A stretch of 64,000 bases of DNA, taken from Bacillota bacterium. GTDB taxonomy: Bacteria > Bacillota_I > Bacilli_A > RF39 > UBA660. The notes beneath the pieces are model-generated. The model was given only the letters and a program-made list of their open reading frames with translations, did not search any database and was not told the origin of the DNA. This document shows positions 8,419 through 18,580 of this stretch, piece after piece. The stretch is taken from the NCBI GenBank assembly GCA_003524085.1, contig DOEC01000006.1:1146-65145 (forward strand). The letters are read 5' to 3'. How positions within the stretch are numbered: the stretch's first letter is position 1; each line of letters starts with the position of its first letter. The position numbers were made by a program, and so were the translations under genes.

Positions 8419-9105
8419 TTAAACTTTCATTAAACTTTTTAGCCTTTTTATAGCTTTTTTTTCAATTCTTGAGATATAGCTTTGACTTATACCTAACATA
8501 TCAGCTACTTCTTTTTGAGTATATTCTTTTTGATTATATAAGCCATACCTAAGTGTTAGTATTTCTTTATCTCGTTTATTTAAGTTTTCTATTTCTTTAA
8601 TTAGAAGTTCTTTATCAACAATACTTTCATATTCCTTTTCTACTATATCATCAGGTGTTCCTAAAACATCTTCTAAATGTAGTTCGTTACCATCTTGATC
8701 TAAATTAATAGAGTCTTCAAATGAAATTTCAACTTTCCTTCTTTTATTCTTTCTTAAAAACATAAGTATTTCATTATCAATACATCTACTAGCGTATGTT
8801 GCTAGTTTTATGTTCTTGTCTAGTTTATATGTCTTAACTCCTTTGATAAGCCCGATTGTACCAATGCTAACTAAATCTTCTAAGTCATACATTGTATTAT
8901 CATACTTTTTAGCAAGAAAAACTACAAGTCTTAAGTTGTGCTCGATTAGTTTGTTTCTTGCATGCATATCTCCATTATTACTCTTAATGACTAGCTCTTC
9001 TTCCATGCTTTTTTCTAAAGGTGGTGGAAGTATATCGGTACTTCCTAAGTAAAAAACTTTTTCTTTATCCTTAAACAAACTACTTATAAAATCAAATATT
9101 TTCAT
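8419..9105 (-). CDS. sigE: Sporulation sigma factor SigE (pro-sigma-E)
   Basis: 228 aa. YLGSTDILPPPLEKSMEEEL, HARNKLIEHNLRLVVFLAKKY, SIGTIGLIKGV, KLATYASRCIDNEILMFLR and ISQSYISRIEKKA closely follow the B. subtilis SigE pattern. It lies directly after spoIIGA. Confidence 0.9.
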   Translation of the reverse strand: MKIFDFISSLFKDKEKVFYLGSTDILPPPLEKSMEEELVIKSNNGDMHARNKLIEHNLRLVVFLAKKYDNTMYDLEDLVSIGTIGLIKGVKTYKLDKNIKLATYASRCIDNEILMFLRKNKRRKVEISFEDSINLDQDGNELHLEDVLGTPDDIVEKEYESIVDKELLIKEIENLNKRDKEILTLRYGLYNQKEYTQKEVADMLGISQSYISRIEKKAIKRLKSLMKV

Positions 9106-9106
9106 G

Positions 9107-9895
9107 TTATCCCTCCATTAATAAATAATTTAATAAAACTTCTACTTTGTTAGACTTTAACTTATCTTTTACTACACCTACTACTATATTCTTTTTTACT
9201 CCAATACCTTCTATAAATATTTTCTTAACTTTGTAACACCTCAACAATCCACCCTCATTAATACTTTGGTATGGTATATAGAAAAATGGAGTGTTTTTAA
9301 TTATACTTTCAAACTTTTTAGAATTAGTTATGATAACTGGTCTATTTGTATATGGATCTATTAAAGTGTTTCCTGTGTCCATGTAGCCTATGAGTTCTAG
9401 TTTACTTTCATTAATATAGATATCCACTTTATAATATAAACTATTAATTTCACGAATAACTTTCATTTGTTTATAATAGATATACATTATAATTGGAGTA
9501 CATATTAATATAAAGATGTAATTAATACTTATGCCTTTATGAAAAAATACCATACCAATATTCTTATAACTAAAGCTTACGTTTAAATAATATATAAACC
9601 CTCCTAAGATTATGCTTATTAAATAAAAATATACCAAGTTAGTTATAAAATACTTAAAGTCAGAATAACCAAATGTTATGAGTATTATCAAAACTGATAA
9701 AAATACCTTAAGTAAAAAGAGTGTTAAAGTAGTTAAGGGCACGAATAAAACAATGATAGTTATACTTCCTAGTAAAGAACCCAATACTATTTTTTTAATA
9801 GAAGTTCTTCTTTTAAGGACAATACTTGTAGTAAGTAAAAGTATAAAATCAAAAAAGAAGTTTAAAAATATTATTAAGTCAACATACACTTTCAT
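9107..9895 (-). CDS. spoIIGA: Sigma-E processing peptidase SpoIIGA
   Basis: 262 aa with five N-terminal TM segments and the aspartic protease motif MDTGNTLIDPYTNRPVII. Confidence 0.9.
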   Translation of the reverse strand: MKVYVDLIIFLNFFFDFILLLTTSIVLKRRTSIKKIVLGSLLGSITIIVLFVPLTTLTLFLLKVFLSVLIILITFGYSDFKYFITNLVYFYLISIILGGFIYYLNVSFSYKNIGMVFFHKGISINYIFILICTPIIMYIYYKQMKVIREINSLYYKVDIYINESKLELIGYMDTGNTLIDPYTNRPVIITNSKKFESIIKNTPFFYIPYQSINEGGLLRCYKVKKIFIEGIGVKKNIVVGVVKDKLKSNKVEVLLNYLLMEG

Positions 9896-9954
9896 GTAAC
9901 CACCAATACAAGTATAATAAAAACGACAAGCATATTTTGTCGTTTTATAGTTTT

Positions 9955-10761
9955 TTATTTTCTTTTTAATCCTTTAGAATATAATTCGTTATATGACCCA
10001 TCCATTAAAGCTATTTGCATGTCTTCATAAATAGACTTTAATTCTTCTAAAGCAATATCTTTAAACATAGTCTGTCCATATATTTCTTCATTAACAGGCT
10101 CTAAAATATTTAAGTGACTCTTTAAAGTACTAGCTATTAATCTAAAGTTAAAGTAATTAAACTTACCTTTTTCATTGATAAACTTATGATAGAAATCAAT
10201 TAATGGACTAATAGATACTAATGTAGGATCATTATATTTTAGTGAGTCTCTTAAACATCTAAGTAAATCAAACTCATCTATACTGTCTCTTGAAGATGAC
10301 ATTATTTCTTTGCTTTTAATTAAGCTTTCAATATATTTTATGTCTCTTGAGTTTTCTCTAAGAGTTTTTTCTAACATTCCTCGGTTTAACAAATCCTTGT
10401 CTTTCTTATAAAATATTGGAAGTGTTCTAACATCTTTTTTAGCACGATACATAATTACTAATTTATGATTATTTCTTAAGTCAACGTCATAGTTAGACTT
10501 TAGTTCAAAGTCATTATTAAATCTAGTAGTAAAATTATCAATTTCTTCTAGTGTTGAAGGCATGGTTACTTTTAAATATTTAGTAAATTCTGCATAGCCT
10601 TCACTATAATGAAAGACTAAATTTCCAAGAAAATACTTGTTTTTAGCATCATCATTATATTTAGCAATTAACCTTTTAATTTCAGAAGTACTATACTTTT
10701 TAAAACTTCTAGTTTCAACCCCAGCCTTAATTCCAATACTATATCTATTAACTTTACCCAT
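9955..10761 (-). CDS. Hypothetical protein (268 aa)
   Basis: ORF track only, and I recognise no motif. It has a strong promoter and an AAGGGG RBS. Confidence 0.5.
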   Translation of the reverse strand: MGKVNRYSIGIKAGVETRSFKKYSTSEIKRLIAKYNDDAKNKYFLGNLVFHYSEGYAEFTKYLKVTMPSTLEEIDNFTTRFNNDFELKSNYDVDLRNNHKLVIMYRAKKDVRTLPIFYKKDKDLLNRGMLEKTLRENSRDIKYIESLIKSKEIMSSSRDSIDEFDLLRCLRDSLKYNDPTLVSISPLIDFYHKFINEKGKFNYFNFRLIASTLKSHLNILEPVNEEIYGQTMFKDIALEELKSIYEDMQIALMDGSYNELYSKGLKRK

Positions 10762-10783
10762 AAGACACCCCTTATCTAGTTAA

Positions 10784-10813
10784 AATTATACCATATTTTG
10801 TACAATATGTCAA
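10784..10813 (-). promoter_or_regulatory. Promoter with the conserved AATTATACCATATTTTGTAC core (TTGACA / TG-TATAAT)
   Basis: On the minus strand: TTGACA (10808-10813) and ATGGTATAAT. This is a 19/20 match to the cores at 37126 and 45169. Confidence 0.6.
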
Positions 10814-10832
10814 CTTTACACATAAAGGTACT

Positions 10833-10931
10833 TTATTTGAATATGATTAATTTATGATAATTCTTAGCTGCTACTTTAGCATTTTCATTTATTATTTCAG
10901 TCTTTATATTACTTAAATATTTTTCTTCCAT
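10833..10931 (-). pseudogene. 5' remnant of a further DUF1016 paralog at the distal end of the array
   Basis: Directly after the stop and RBS of copy 1, the hand translation reads MEEKYLSNIKTEIINENAKVAAKNYHKLIIFK*. The first ~25 codons are homologous to the array N-termini, and homology is then lost. Confidence 0.6.
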
Positions 10932-10943
10932 AAGCTTTTCCTC

Positions 10944-11852
10944 CTAACTAATTTGCACAGTTTTATTTATTTTAAATTCTACTATAGTTACTTGATTATC
11001 TTTTACGTAATGAGCTTCAAACTTATTTACTGACTTTGTTATAATTATTCCAATAGTACTATTTTGAGTTATATTTTTTAAGTGTTCGTCAATATAGTTC
11101 ATATACGTTTTTATTTGACCATAGTCACTTTTCTTATATTCTCTTGATTTTATCTCTACTACACAATATCTACTTTCAACCACATTATAAAATAGATAGT
11201 CTATATAATTCTTTTTGTCTCCAATGTTAAGTTTATATTCTCTTCCGACGTAAAAATATCCACCGCCTAATTGTTTCATAAAACTATCTAAGTTTTCATA
11301 AATAATTTCTTGTAATATTTTTTCAGTATAAACTTCATAACTTTTATTAGGTGTTAACACTATTGGACTGGGGACACTTTGAATTAAAGAAAGTTCTTCT
11401 TTATTTAAAAGACTTTCTTTTGCTTCAGTTGAGAGTCTACCATACTCATTACTCTTTATTCTTTCAGCTAATGCTCTTTTACTTAAATTATCTCGTTTAG
11501 TAATATGAATATAATACTTAATTTCTTTGATATCTCTTAGTGATAATAAAATCTTGTAATGACTCCACGTCAATTGTCGCTCCAGTGGAGCGACTTTTTG
11601 AATTAATAAATAAAATTGTTGTATCTTATATAAATCTTTTTCCTTATATCCACTTCCAAATTCCTTAGTTAAAATACTTGCATATTTTTTTACTATTCCT
11701 TCTCCATAGTGTTTACCTGCTTCTACTAGTTCCCTTCCTATATTATAATTCATTGTAAGTTTTACATTATTTATCTGATAATTCTTAGCTACTACTTTAG
11801 CATTTCCATTTATTATTTCAGTCTTTATATTACTTAAATATTCGTCTATCAT
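10944..11852 (-). CDS. DUF1016/YhcG-family PD-(D/E)XK nuclease-domain protein, array copy 1
   Basis: 302 aa. YhcG-N pattern (NYNIGRELVEAGKHYGEGI, EFGSGY, LTWSHYKILL). C-terminal IDYLFYN...VVEIK nuclease core and GQIKTYMNYID. Confidence 0.8.
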   Translation of the reverse strand: MIDEYLSNIKTEIINGNAKVVAKNYQINNVKLTMNYNIGRELVEAGKHYGEGIVKKYASILTKEFGSGYKEKDLYKIQQFYLLIQKVAPLERQLTWSHYKILLSLRDIKEIKYYIHITKRDNLSKRALAERIKSNEYGRLSTEAKESLLNKEELSLIQSVPSPIVLTPNKSYEVYTEKILQEIIYENLDSFMKQLGGGYFYVGREYKLNIGDKKNYIDYLFYNVVESRYCVVEIKSREYKKSDYGQIKTYMNYIDEHLKNITQNSTIGIIITKSVNKFEAHYVKDNQVTIVEFKINKTVQIS

Positions 11853-11864
11853 AAATTTTCCCTC

Positions 11865-12773
11865 CTAACTAATTTGCACAGTTTTGTTTATTTTAAATTC
11901 TACTATAGTTACTTGATTATCTTTTACATAATGTGCTTCAAACTTGTTTACTGATTTTGTTATAATTATTCCAATAGTATTATTTTGAGTTATATTTTTT
12001 AAGTGTTCGTCAATGTAGTTCATATACGTTTTTATTTGACCATAATCGCTTTTTCTATATTCTCTTGCTTTTATTTCAACTACACAATATCTACTGTCAA
12101 CTACATTATAAAATAGATAATCTATATAATTCTTTTTGTCTCCAATGTTAAGTTTATATTCCCTACCAATAAAAGCGTAGCCTCCACCAAGTTGATGCAT
12201 AAAATCTTCTATATTTTCAAAGATTATTTCTTGTAATATTTTTTCAGTATAAACTTTATAACTTTTATTAGATGTCAACACTATTGGACTTGGGACACTT
12301 TGAATTAAAGAAAGTTCTTCTTTATTTAAAAGACTTTCTTTTGTTCCATCTGAAAGTCTATCATACTCATCACTTCTTATTATTTCAGCTAATTTTCTAT
12401 AACTTAAATTATCTCTTATAGAAATATTAGTATAATAATTGATTTTATTGATATCTTTTAAAGGTAAAAGTAATCTTATGTGTTCCCAAGTCAATTGGTG
12501 CGGCAATGCCGCACCTTTTTCAAAAAGAACATAAAATTGACGCATTCTCTTTAAATTAGATACAGAATATCCACTTCCAAATTCCTTAGTTAAAATACTT
12601 GCATATTTTTTTACTATTCCTTCTCCATAGTGTTTACCTGCTTCTACTAGTTTCCTTCCTATATTATAATTCATTGTAAGTTTTACATTATTTATCTGAT
12701 AATTCTTAGCTGCTACTTTAGCATTTCCATTTATTATTTCAGTCTTTATATTACTTAAATATTCGTCTATCAT
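11865..12773 (-). CDS. DUF1016/YhcG-family PD-(D/E)XK nuclease-domain protein, array copy 2
   Basis: 302 aa paralog. A 12-nt gap with TAG-GAGGG stop/RBS overlap separates it from its neighbours. Confidence 0.8.
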   Translation of the reverse strand: MIDEYLSNIKTEIINGNAKVAAKNYQINNVKLTMNYNIGRKLVEAGKHYGEGIVKKYASILTKEFGSGYSVSNLKRMRQFYVLFEKGAALPHQLTWEHIRLLLPLKDINKINYYTNISIRDNLSYRKLAEIIRSDEYDRLSDGTKESLLNKEELSLIQSVPSPIVLTSNKSYKVYTEKILQEIIFENIEDFMHQLGGGYAFIGREYKLNIGDKKNYIDYLFYNVVDSRYCVVEIKAREYRKSDYGQIKTYMNYIDEHLKNITQNNTIGIIITKSVNKFEAHYVKDNQVTIVEFKINKTVQIS

Positions 12774-12785
12774 AAATTTTCCCTC

Positions 12786-13694
12786 CTAACTAATTTGCAC
12801 AGTTTTGTTTATTTTAAATCCTACTATAGTTACTTGATTATCTTTTACATAATGAGCTTCAAACTTATTTACTGATTTTGTTATAATTATTCCAATAGTA
12901 CTATTTTGAGTTATAGTTTTCAAGTGTTCGTCAATGTAGTTCATATACGTTTTTATTTGGCCATAATCGCTTTTCTTATACTCTCTTACTTTTATTTCAA
13001 CTACACAAAAACAGTTCATTTTGTAATTGTATAAAAGATAGTCTATATAATTCTTTTTATCTCCAATATTGAGTTTATATTCTCTACCAATAAAAGAGTA
13101 TTCTCCACCAAGTTGATGCATAAAATCTTCTATATTTTCAAATATTATTTCTTGTAATATCTTCTCATTATAAAATTCATAGCTTTTATTTGGTGTCAAT
13201 ACTATCGGACTGGGTATGCTTTGAATTATTGAAAGCTCTTCTTTGTTTAAAATACCCTCTTTCGTTTCAGTTGAAAGTCTGCCATACTCATTACTTCTTA
13301 TTCTTTCAGCCAATGCTCTTTTGCTTAAATTATCTCGTTTAGTAATACTAATATAATACTTGATTTCTTCTACATTTTTTAATGGTAAAAGTAATTTATA
13401 ATGAGACCAAGTCAAAAGTTGCCCCACTGGAGCAACTTTTTGACTTAAATCATAAAATTGCTTCATTCTTGTTAATTCTGTAAAAGTATATCCCTTACCA
13501 AATTCTACCGTTAATTCCTTTGCATATTTTTTTACTATTCCTTCTCCATAATGTTTACCAGCTTCTGCTAGTTCCTTACCAATATTATAGTTCATTGTAA
13601 GTTTTACATTGTTTATCTGATAATTTTTAGCTATTACTTTAGCATTACCATTTATTATTTCATTCTTTATATTTTCTAAATAATTGTCTATCAT
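12786..13694 (-). CDS. DUF1016/YhcG-family PD-(D/E)XK nuclease-domain protein, array copy 3 (first in the operon)
   Basis: 302 aa paralog. Same termini as the other copies, with divergent blocks at residues ~60-100 and around the nuclease core (IDYLLYNYKMNCFCVVEIK). Confidence 0.8.
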   Translation of the reverse strand: MIDNYLENIKNEIINGNAKVIAKNYQINNVKLTMNYNIGKELAEAGKHYGEGIVKKYAKELTVEFGKGYTFTELTRMKQFYDLSQKVAPVGQLLTWSHYKLLLPLKNVEEIKYYISITKRDNLSKRALAERIRSNEYGRLSTETKEGILNKEELSIIQSIPSPIVLTPNKSYEFYNEKILQEIIFENIEDFMHQLGGEYSFIGREYKLNIGDKKNYIDYLLYNYKMNCFCVVEIKVREYKKSDYGQIKTYMNYIDEHLKTITQNSTIGIIITKSVNKFEAHYVKDNQVTIVGFKINKTVQIS

Positions 13695-13721
13695 AAATTT
13701 TTCCTCCTAATATATTTATTC

Positions 13722-13765
13722 GACAAAAAACGCGAAAAGTCTTTTTTTTATTTTGACTTTACGCG
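13722..13765 (-). promoter_or_regulatory. Terminator-like hairpin plus U-tract inside the 5' leader of the DUF1016 array (attenuator candidate)
   Basis: On the minus strand: CGCGTAAAGTC, 13-nt loop, GACTTTTCGCG, then TTTTTTG, ending ~14 nt before the GGAGGA RBS. The element is repeated at 26227-26269. Confidence 0.5.
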
Positions 13766-13855
13766 AAATTCGACGTGTTTTTTTACATGTTTTGTGTAAA
13801 CTAAGTTATAAAAAAAGAAAGGATAAACAACTTATAAAAGCTATTTGCTCCTTCC

Positions 13856-13892
13856 CCATAAAAATTGATGCTTTAGCAAAAGTAAGCATCAA
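13856..13892 (-). terminator. Rho-independent terminator after the arc operon transporter gene
   Basis: Stem TTGATGCTT / AAGCATCAA (13865-13873 / 13884-13892) flanked by T-runs on both strands. Confidence 0.7.
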
Positions 13893-13925
13893 TTATTTTT
13901 TATTTTTTTTTGATTATTTGATTTT

Positions 13926-15368
13926 TTAAACAATTGAGAATAACATCAATACTAAAATGTTTACTATTGCAATTGTTATAACTACTTTTAATGCCCATTT
14001 GAACCAAGTTGAATAGTCTACTTTAGCAAGAGCAAGTCCTCCCATTATTGCTCCACAAGTTGGAGTTATTAAGTTTACTAATCCATTTGCACTTACAATA
14101 GTCATAGCCGCTACTTCAGTTGAATAACCTAAGCTTGCAGCAAGTGGTCCAGTTATTGGAGTTGAAAGTGTTGCAAGTCCACTACTTGATGGTACTAAGA
14201 ATGATAACACTATATGTAGTAAGTAGTTTAGTGGAACGAATACTAATTCTGGTAGTTTACTTAAATGTTCAGTTGCATTATAAATAATGTAATTGTCTAA
14301 GTAAGTTTGTTTCATTAATACAGAAGCTCCTCTTGCTACTGCTATTACTAAGATAACACCTATCATATCTTTTGTTCCATCAATAAATGTATCTACAAAC
14401 TCTTTTTCTTTGTAACCATTGATTAAAGATATTACTATACTCATTAAGAAGAACCAAAGTGCAGACTCGTAGAAGTACCAGTTACCTAAACTAGAGCCTG
14501 TAAGCCATCCAGTAAATCCATCAAAGAAAGTTATGTCAAATTCTCCCCATGGAATAAATCCTATAATCATTATTAAGAATGTTAAAGCAAAAACACATAA
14601 AGTTATTTTTTGTTTTGTAGTTAAAACTTCTTTTTGCTTTGATTTTTCCTCAAATTTACCAAATTCTTTTTCAGCTTCTTCTTGCTCTCTTAAAGAAAGT
14701 ATAGTTGAACCTTTATCTTTTTTAACTTTACTTGCATAAGCTAACACAAACAATGTTGATATTAGGTAAGCTAATAACCATAAGATTATGCCTATAAATA
14801 ATACAGTTCCTTGATTATATTCTACACCAGCTGCTCTTAAAGCAGATAATACAGCTCCTGTTGCAAATGGGTTAACTGTTGAACCAAGAACACCAGTACC
14901 AGCACCTAATAAAACTACTGCTGCACCTACAAGTGGGTCCATTCCTGCGGCAAACATCGTAGCTGCTAGAAGTACGTAGAAGCCAACTGTTTCTTCAAGC
15001 ATTCCATATGTTGTACCACAAATTGAGAAGATAAACATTAATATTGGTATTAACCATAATTCTTTACCTTTTAATTTTTGTACTAAAACTTTGATACCTG
15101 TTTCTAAAGCCTTAGTTTTGTCTATTATTTTAAGGAATCCTCCTAAAATAAGTACGAATATTGCAACATCTACAGCATTTTCAAATCCCAATATTGGTGC
15201 TAGTAAGATTTGGCTTAATTTAGCCCCTACTGTACCACTTCCATTTACTATTTCTTCACCAACGAATTTAGCATCTGGTAGTAAATGTGAAAGAATTCCA
15301 AGTACTACTATAACTATCATTATAATAGTATATGCTGATAACATGCTTCTATTCTTTTTCTTTGTCAT
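13926..15368 (-). CDS. YfcC/DcuC-type anaerobic carrier family membrane protein (putative arginine/ornithine exchanger of the ADI operon)
   Basis: 480 aa and polytopic. It is the last gene of the arcA-arcB-arcC operon, 1-nt gap after arcC. Confidence 0.65.
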   Translation of the reverse strand: MTKKKNRSMLSAYTIIMIVIVVLGILSHLLPDAKFVGEEIVNGSGTVGAKLSQILLAPILGFENAVDVAIFVLILGGFLKIIDKTKALETGIKVLVQKLKGKELWLIPILMFIFSICGTTYGMLEETVGFYVLLAATMFAAGMDPLVGAAVVLLGAGTGVLGSTVNPFATGAVLSALRAAGVEYNQGTVLFIGIILWLLAYLISTLFVLAYASKVKKDKGSTILSLREQEEAEKEFGKFEEKSKQKEVLTTKQKITLCVFALTFLIMIIGFIPWGEFDITFFDGFTGWLTGSSLGNWYFYESALWFFLMSIVISLINGYKEKEFVDTFIDGTKDMIGVILVIAVARGASVLMKQTYLDNYIIYNATEHLSKLPELVFVPLNYLLHIVLSFLVPSSSGLATLSTPITGPLAASLGYSTEVAAMTIVSANGLVNLITPTCGAIMGGLALAKVDYSTWFKWALKVVITIAIVNILVLMLFSIV

Positions 15369-15369
15369 A

Positions 15370-16305
15370 TTATTTTCCTCCTTTTATGACTGTACCATTT
15401 TTATATTCTAATGCGTCACTAGCGCATTCTAGCGATGTAATTATTGCAGTTTTATTTCTGTTTTCTACAAAATTTATACATGCTTCTATTTTAGGCAGCA
15501 TACTTCCAGGAGCAAACTGGTTATCACTTATATACTTTCTTGCTTCTTCTACTGTGATAGTATCTAACCCAGTCATATTTTCTTTATTGTAGTTTAAGTA
15601 TACTTTATCAACAGCAGTTAATATAAGTAACACATCAGCATCTACTTCTTTAGCAAGTAAACTAGCTGACTTATCTTTATCAATTACTGCATCTACTCCT
15701 TTTAGAAGATTATTTTCCATTATAACTGGAACTCCTCCACCTCCAGCACATATAACAATTACATCATCTTCAACAAGTTTTTTTATAACTTTGTCATTTA
15801 GTATTTTTTTAGGTATAGGAGATGGTACTACTCTTCTATATCCACGGCCTGCGTCTTCTTTAAAAATGTAACCTTTTTCACTTTCTATTACACTGGCTTC
15901 TTCTTTAGTGTAAAACATTCCAATAGGTTTAGTAGGATTTTTAAAACATCCATCATTTTTATCAACTAAGACCTCTGTTATTAAGGCTACTATAGATTTG
16001 TCAATGTCTCTTTTGTTTAGTTCATTCATTATTGACTGTTCTATATGGTAACCAATATAACCTTCACTCATACTACCACACTCTGCAAATGGCATTGATG
16101 GAGTAGCAGCACTTCCATTACTAGCATACTCCATTGCAAGAGAGATTTGCCCAACTTGCGGTCCATTTCCATGTGTAAGTATTACTTTGTTACCTTTTTC
16201 TATAAGGTCCACTATTACTTTAGAAACACCCTCTAGAATAGATAATTGTTCACTAGGAGTCTTCCCTAGAGCATTTCCTCCTAGAGCTATAACTATTTTA
16301 CTCAT
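15370..16305 (-). CDS. arcC: Carbamate kinase
   Basis: 311 aa. It has IVIALGGNAL, THGNGPQVG and ICAGGGGVPV motifs. Confidence 0.9.
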   Translation of the reverse strand: MSKIVIALGGNALGKTPSEQLSILEGVSKVIVDLIEKGNKVILTHGNGPQVGQISLAMEYASNGSAATPSMPFAECGSMSEGYIGYHIEQSIMNELNKRDIDKSIVALITEVLVDKNDGCFKNPTKPIGMFYTKEEASVIESEKGYIFKEDAGRGYRRVVPSPIPKKILNDKVIKKLVEDDVIVICAGGGGVPVIMENNLLKGVDAVIDKDKSASLLAKEVDADVLLILTAVDKVYLNYNKENMTGLDTITVEEARKYISDNQFAPGSMLPKIEACINFVENRNKTAIITSLECASDALEYKNGTVIKGGK

Positions 16306-17297
16306 TACTCTTCCCTCATTGTTAGATATATTACAGCTTTAATTGTATGTAATCTATTTTCAGCTTCATCAAATACTTTTGATTTTGGACTATTAAATAC
16401 TTCGTCAGTTACTTCCATTTCTTTTAGACCAAATTTTTCATATATCTCTTTTCCAATTGTTGTATTTAAATCATGAAATGATGGTAAGCAGTGTAAAAAT
16501 ATTGCGTTTTCGCTTGCATTTGACATAACACTCATGTTTACTTGATATGGACTAAGTAATTTAATACGACTAGCCCATACTTCATCTGCTTCTCCCATTG
16601 AAACCCATACGTCAGTATATATTACGTCAGCACTCTTAGTAGCAACATTTACGTCTTCTTCTAAAGTTATAGTACACCCATTAGTACTAGCAATTTCCTT
16701 ACAAGTATTAACTAACTCTTCTTGTGGCCATAATTCACGTGGAGCACATGCTACAAAGTTTATTCCCATTTTAGCACATACTACCATAAGTGAATTTGCA
16801 ACGTTGTTTCTAGCATCTCCCATAAATACTAACTTTAAGCCCTTTAAATATCCAAAGTTTTCTTCAATAGTCATAATATCTGCAAGCATTTGTGTTGGAT
16901 GAAATTCTGTTGTAAGTCCGTTCCATACAGGTACTCCAGCATTTTTGGCTAACTCTTCTACTATTGTTTGACTGTATCCACGATATTCTATTCCATCATA
17001 CATTCTACCTAATACTTTAGCAGTATCAGCAATACTTTCTTTTTTACCCATTTGACTAGCATTAGGATCTAAATACGTCACTCCCATACCAAGGTCAAGT
17101 GCAGCAACTTCAAAAGCACATCTTGTTCTAGTTGAAGTTTTTTCAAATAAAAGTACAATGTTTTTATTTGGTAAATATTTATGTTCAATATGTAATTTCT
17201 TTTTTTCTTTAAAATCTTTAGATATGTCTAGTAAAAACCTTATTTCTTCAGGTGTATAATCTAATAATTTTAAGAAATGTCTTCCTGTTAAATCCAT
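16305..17297 (-). CDS. arcB: Ornithine carbamoyltransferase (catabolic context)
   Basis: 330 aa. It has [17 protein letters not shown] and HCLPS motifs and lies between arcA and arcC. Confidence 0.9.
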   Translation of the reverse strand: MDLTGRHFLKLLDYTPEEIRFLLDISKDFKEKKKLHIEHKYLPNKNIVLLFEKTSTRTRCAFEVAALDLGMGVTYLDPNASQMGKKESIADTAKVLGRMYDGIEYRGYSQTIVEELAKNAGVPVWNGLTTEFHPTQMLADIMTIEENFGYLKGLKLVFMGDARNNVANSLMVVCAKMGINFVACAPRELWPQEELVNTCKEIASTNGCTITLEEDVNVATKSADVIYTDVWVSMGEADEVWASRIKLLSPYQVNMSVMSNASENAIFLHCLPSFHDLNTTIGKEIYEKFGLKEMEVTDEVFNSPKSKVFDEAENRLHTIKAVIYLTMREE

Positions 17298-18541
17298 TAT
17301 ATATCCTCCCTAACTAGTGGCATACTCATACATCTTGGGCCACCTCTTCCACGTGATAATTCAGCACTTGGCATTTCAAGAACTTTTATTCCGTGTTCTC
17401 TTAGTATATTGTTAGTCATGTTGTTTCTATCGTATACTACTACTACACCAGGCGCTATACAAAGAGTGTTTGTTCCGTCATTCCATTGTTCTCTTTCACT
17501 AGATATTTTTTCTCCTCCAGCACATGGAATAAGTGTAATTTTCTTTCCAAGATATTTTTCTAATATTTCTTCTAAACTACCTTCTACTTTTTTAACATTT
17601 AAGTCTTCAAATGTAGTTGGATCATCTCCTTCAGTAATTTCGTAAACTTCTAGAGTGTTCATTATTCCTGGATGGTATGTAAACTTATCATAATCTATTT
17701 GTGTAAATACAGTGTCTAAATGCATAAATGCACGACTTTCTGGTATTTTGAAAGATAGTACTGTTTCTACTTCACAAGTAGGTTCTTTAAATAAGTTTTT
17801 AGCAAGTTCATCAATTGCGGCAGGCTCTGTTCTTTGTGAGATACCTACAGCAATAACTTTATTACTTATGTTTAATACGTCTCCACCTTCAATGTGGTAA
17901 GGTAGGTTTCTACTATAGTACCTTTTTACTTTACCCTTGAAGTCAGGATGATACTTGAATATAAAGTCAGCATATATAGTTTCTCTATTTCTAGTAACTG
18001 AATACATTCTATTTAGTATTGCCCCGTTACCACAGCTTGCGAATGGGTCTCTTGTAAAGTAGAGGTTTGGTATTGGGTCAGCTAAGAAGTCACTCTCATC
18101 ACTTACAAAGTCAACTAAGCTTTTTTCTACTTCTCTTTTTCTTAATGGTATTTCTTCTATTTTTATACCACTCATTGTTTTTAATACTAATTCTTTTTTA
18201 TCAGTAAAGCTATGTAAGTAGTCATATACTAGAGTTCTATATTTAGGAGTAGTTATTCCAGCTTCATAGATAAATTCTTTTAGAAATTCGTCTAGTATTT
18301 CTTCACTAATACTTAATACTTCACTAACTAGGTCTTCTAGATATACTACTTCTATACCATTTTCTTTTAGAATTCTTGCGAATTCGTCGTGTTCAGCTTG
18401 CGCGACTGGTAAGAAAGGTATATCATCAAATAAAAGTCTTCCTAATGTATCTGGAGTTAGATTAAGCAGTTCATTTCCAGGTCTATGAAGAAGTACTTTC
18501 TTAAGTGGACCTATTTCACTTTTAACATTAATTCCTTGCAT
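17297..18541 (-). CDS. arcA: Arginine deiminase
   Basis: 414 aa. It has the [17 protein letters not shown] start, FTRD, HLDT and C-terminal [10 protein letters not shown] (catalytic Cys). Confidence 0.9.
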   Translation of the reverse strand: MQGINVKSEIGPLKKVLLHRPGNELLNLTPDTLGRLLFDDIPFLPVAQAEHDEFARILKENGIEVVYLEDLVSEVLSISEEILDEFLKEFIYEAGITTPKYRTLVYDYLHSFTDKKELVLKTMSGIKIEEIPLRKREVEKSLVDFVSDESDFLADPIPNLYFTRDPFASCGNGAILNRMYSVTRNRETIYADFIFKYHPDFKGKVKRYYSRNLPYHIEGGDVLNISNKVIAVGISQRTEPAAIDELAKNLFKEPTCEVETVLSFKIPESRAFMHLDTVFTQIDYDKFTYHPGIMNTLEVYEITEGDDPTTFEDLNVKKVEGSLEEILEKYLGKKITLIPCAGGEKISSEREQWNDGTNTLCIAPGVVVVYDRNNMTNNILREHGIKVLEMPSAELSRGRGGPRCMSMPLVREDI

Positions 18542-18580
18542 AAATCATTTCCTTTCTTTTGTAGTGTTCCTACTATAATA

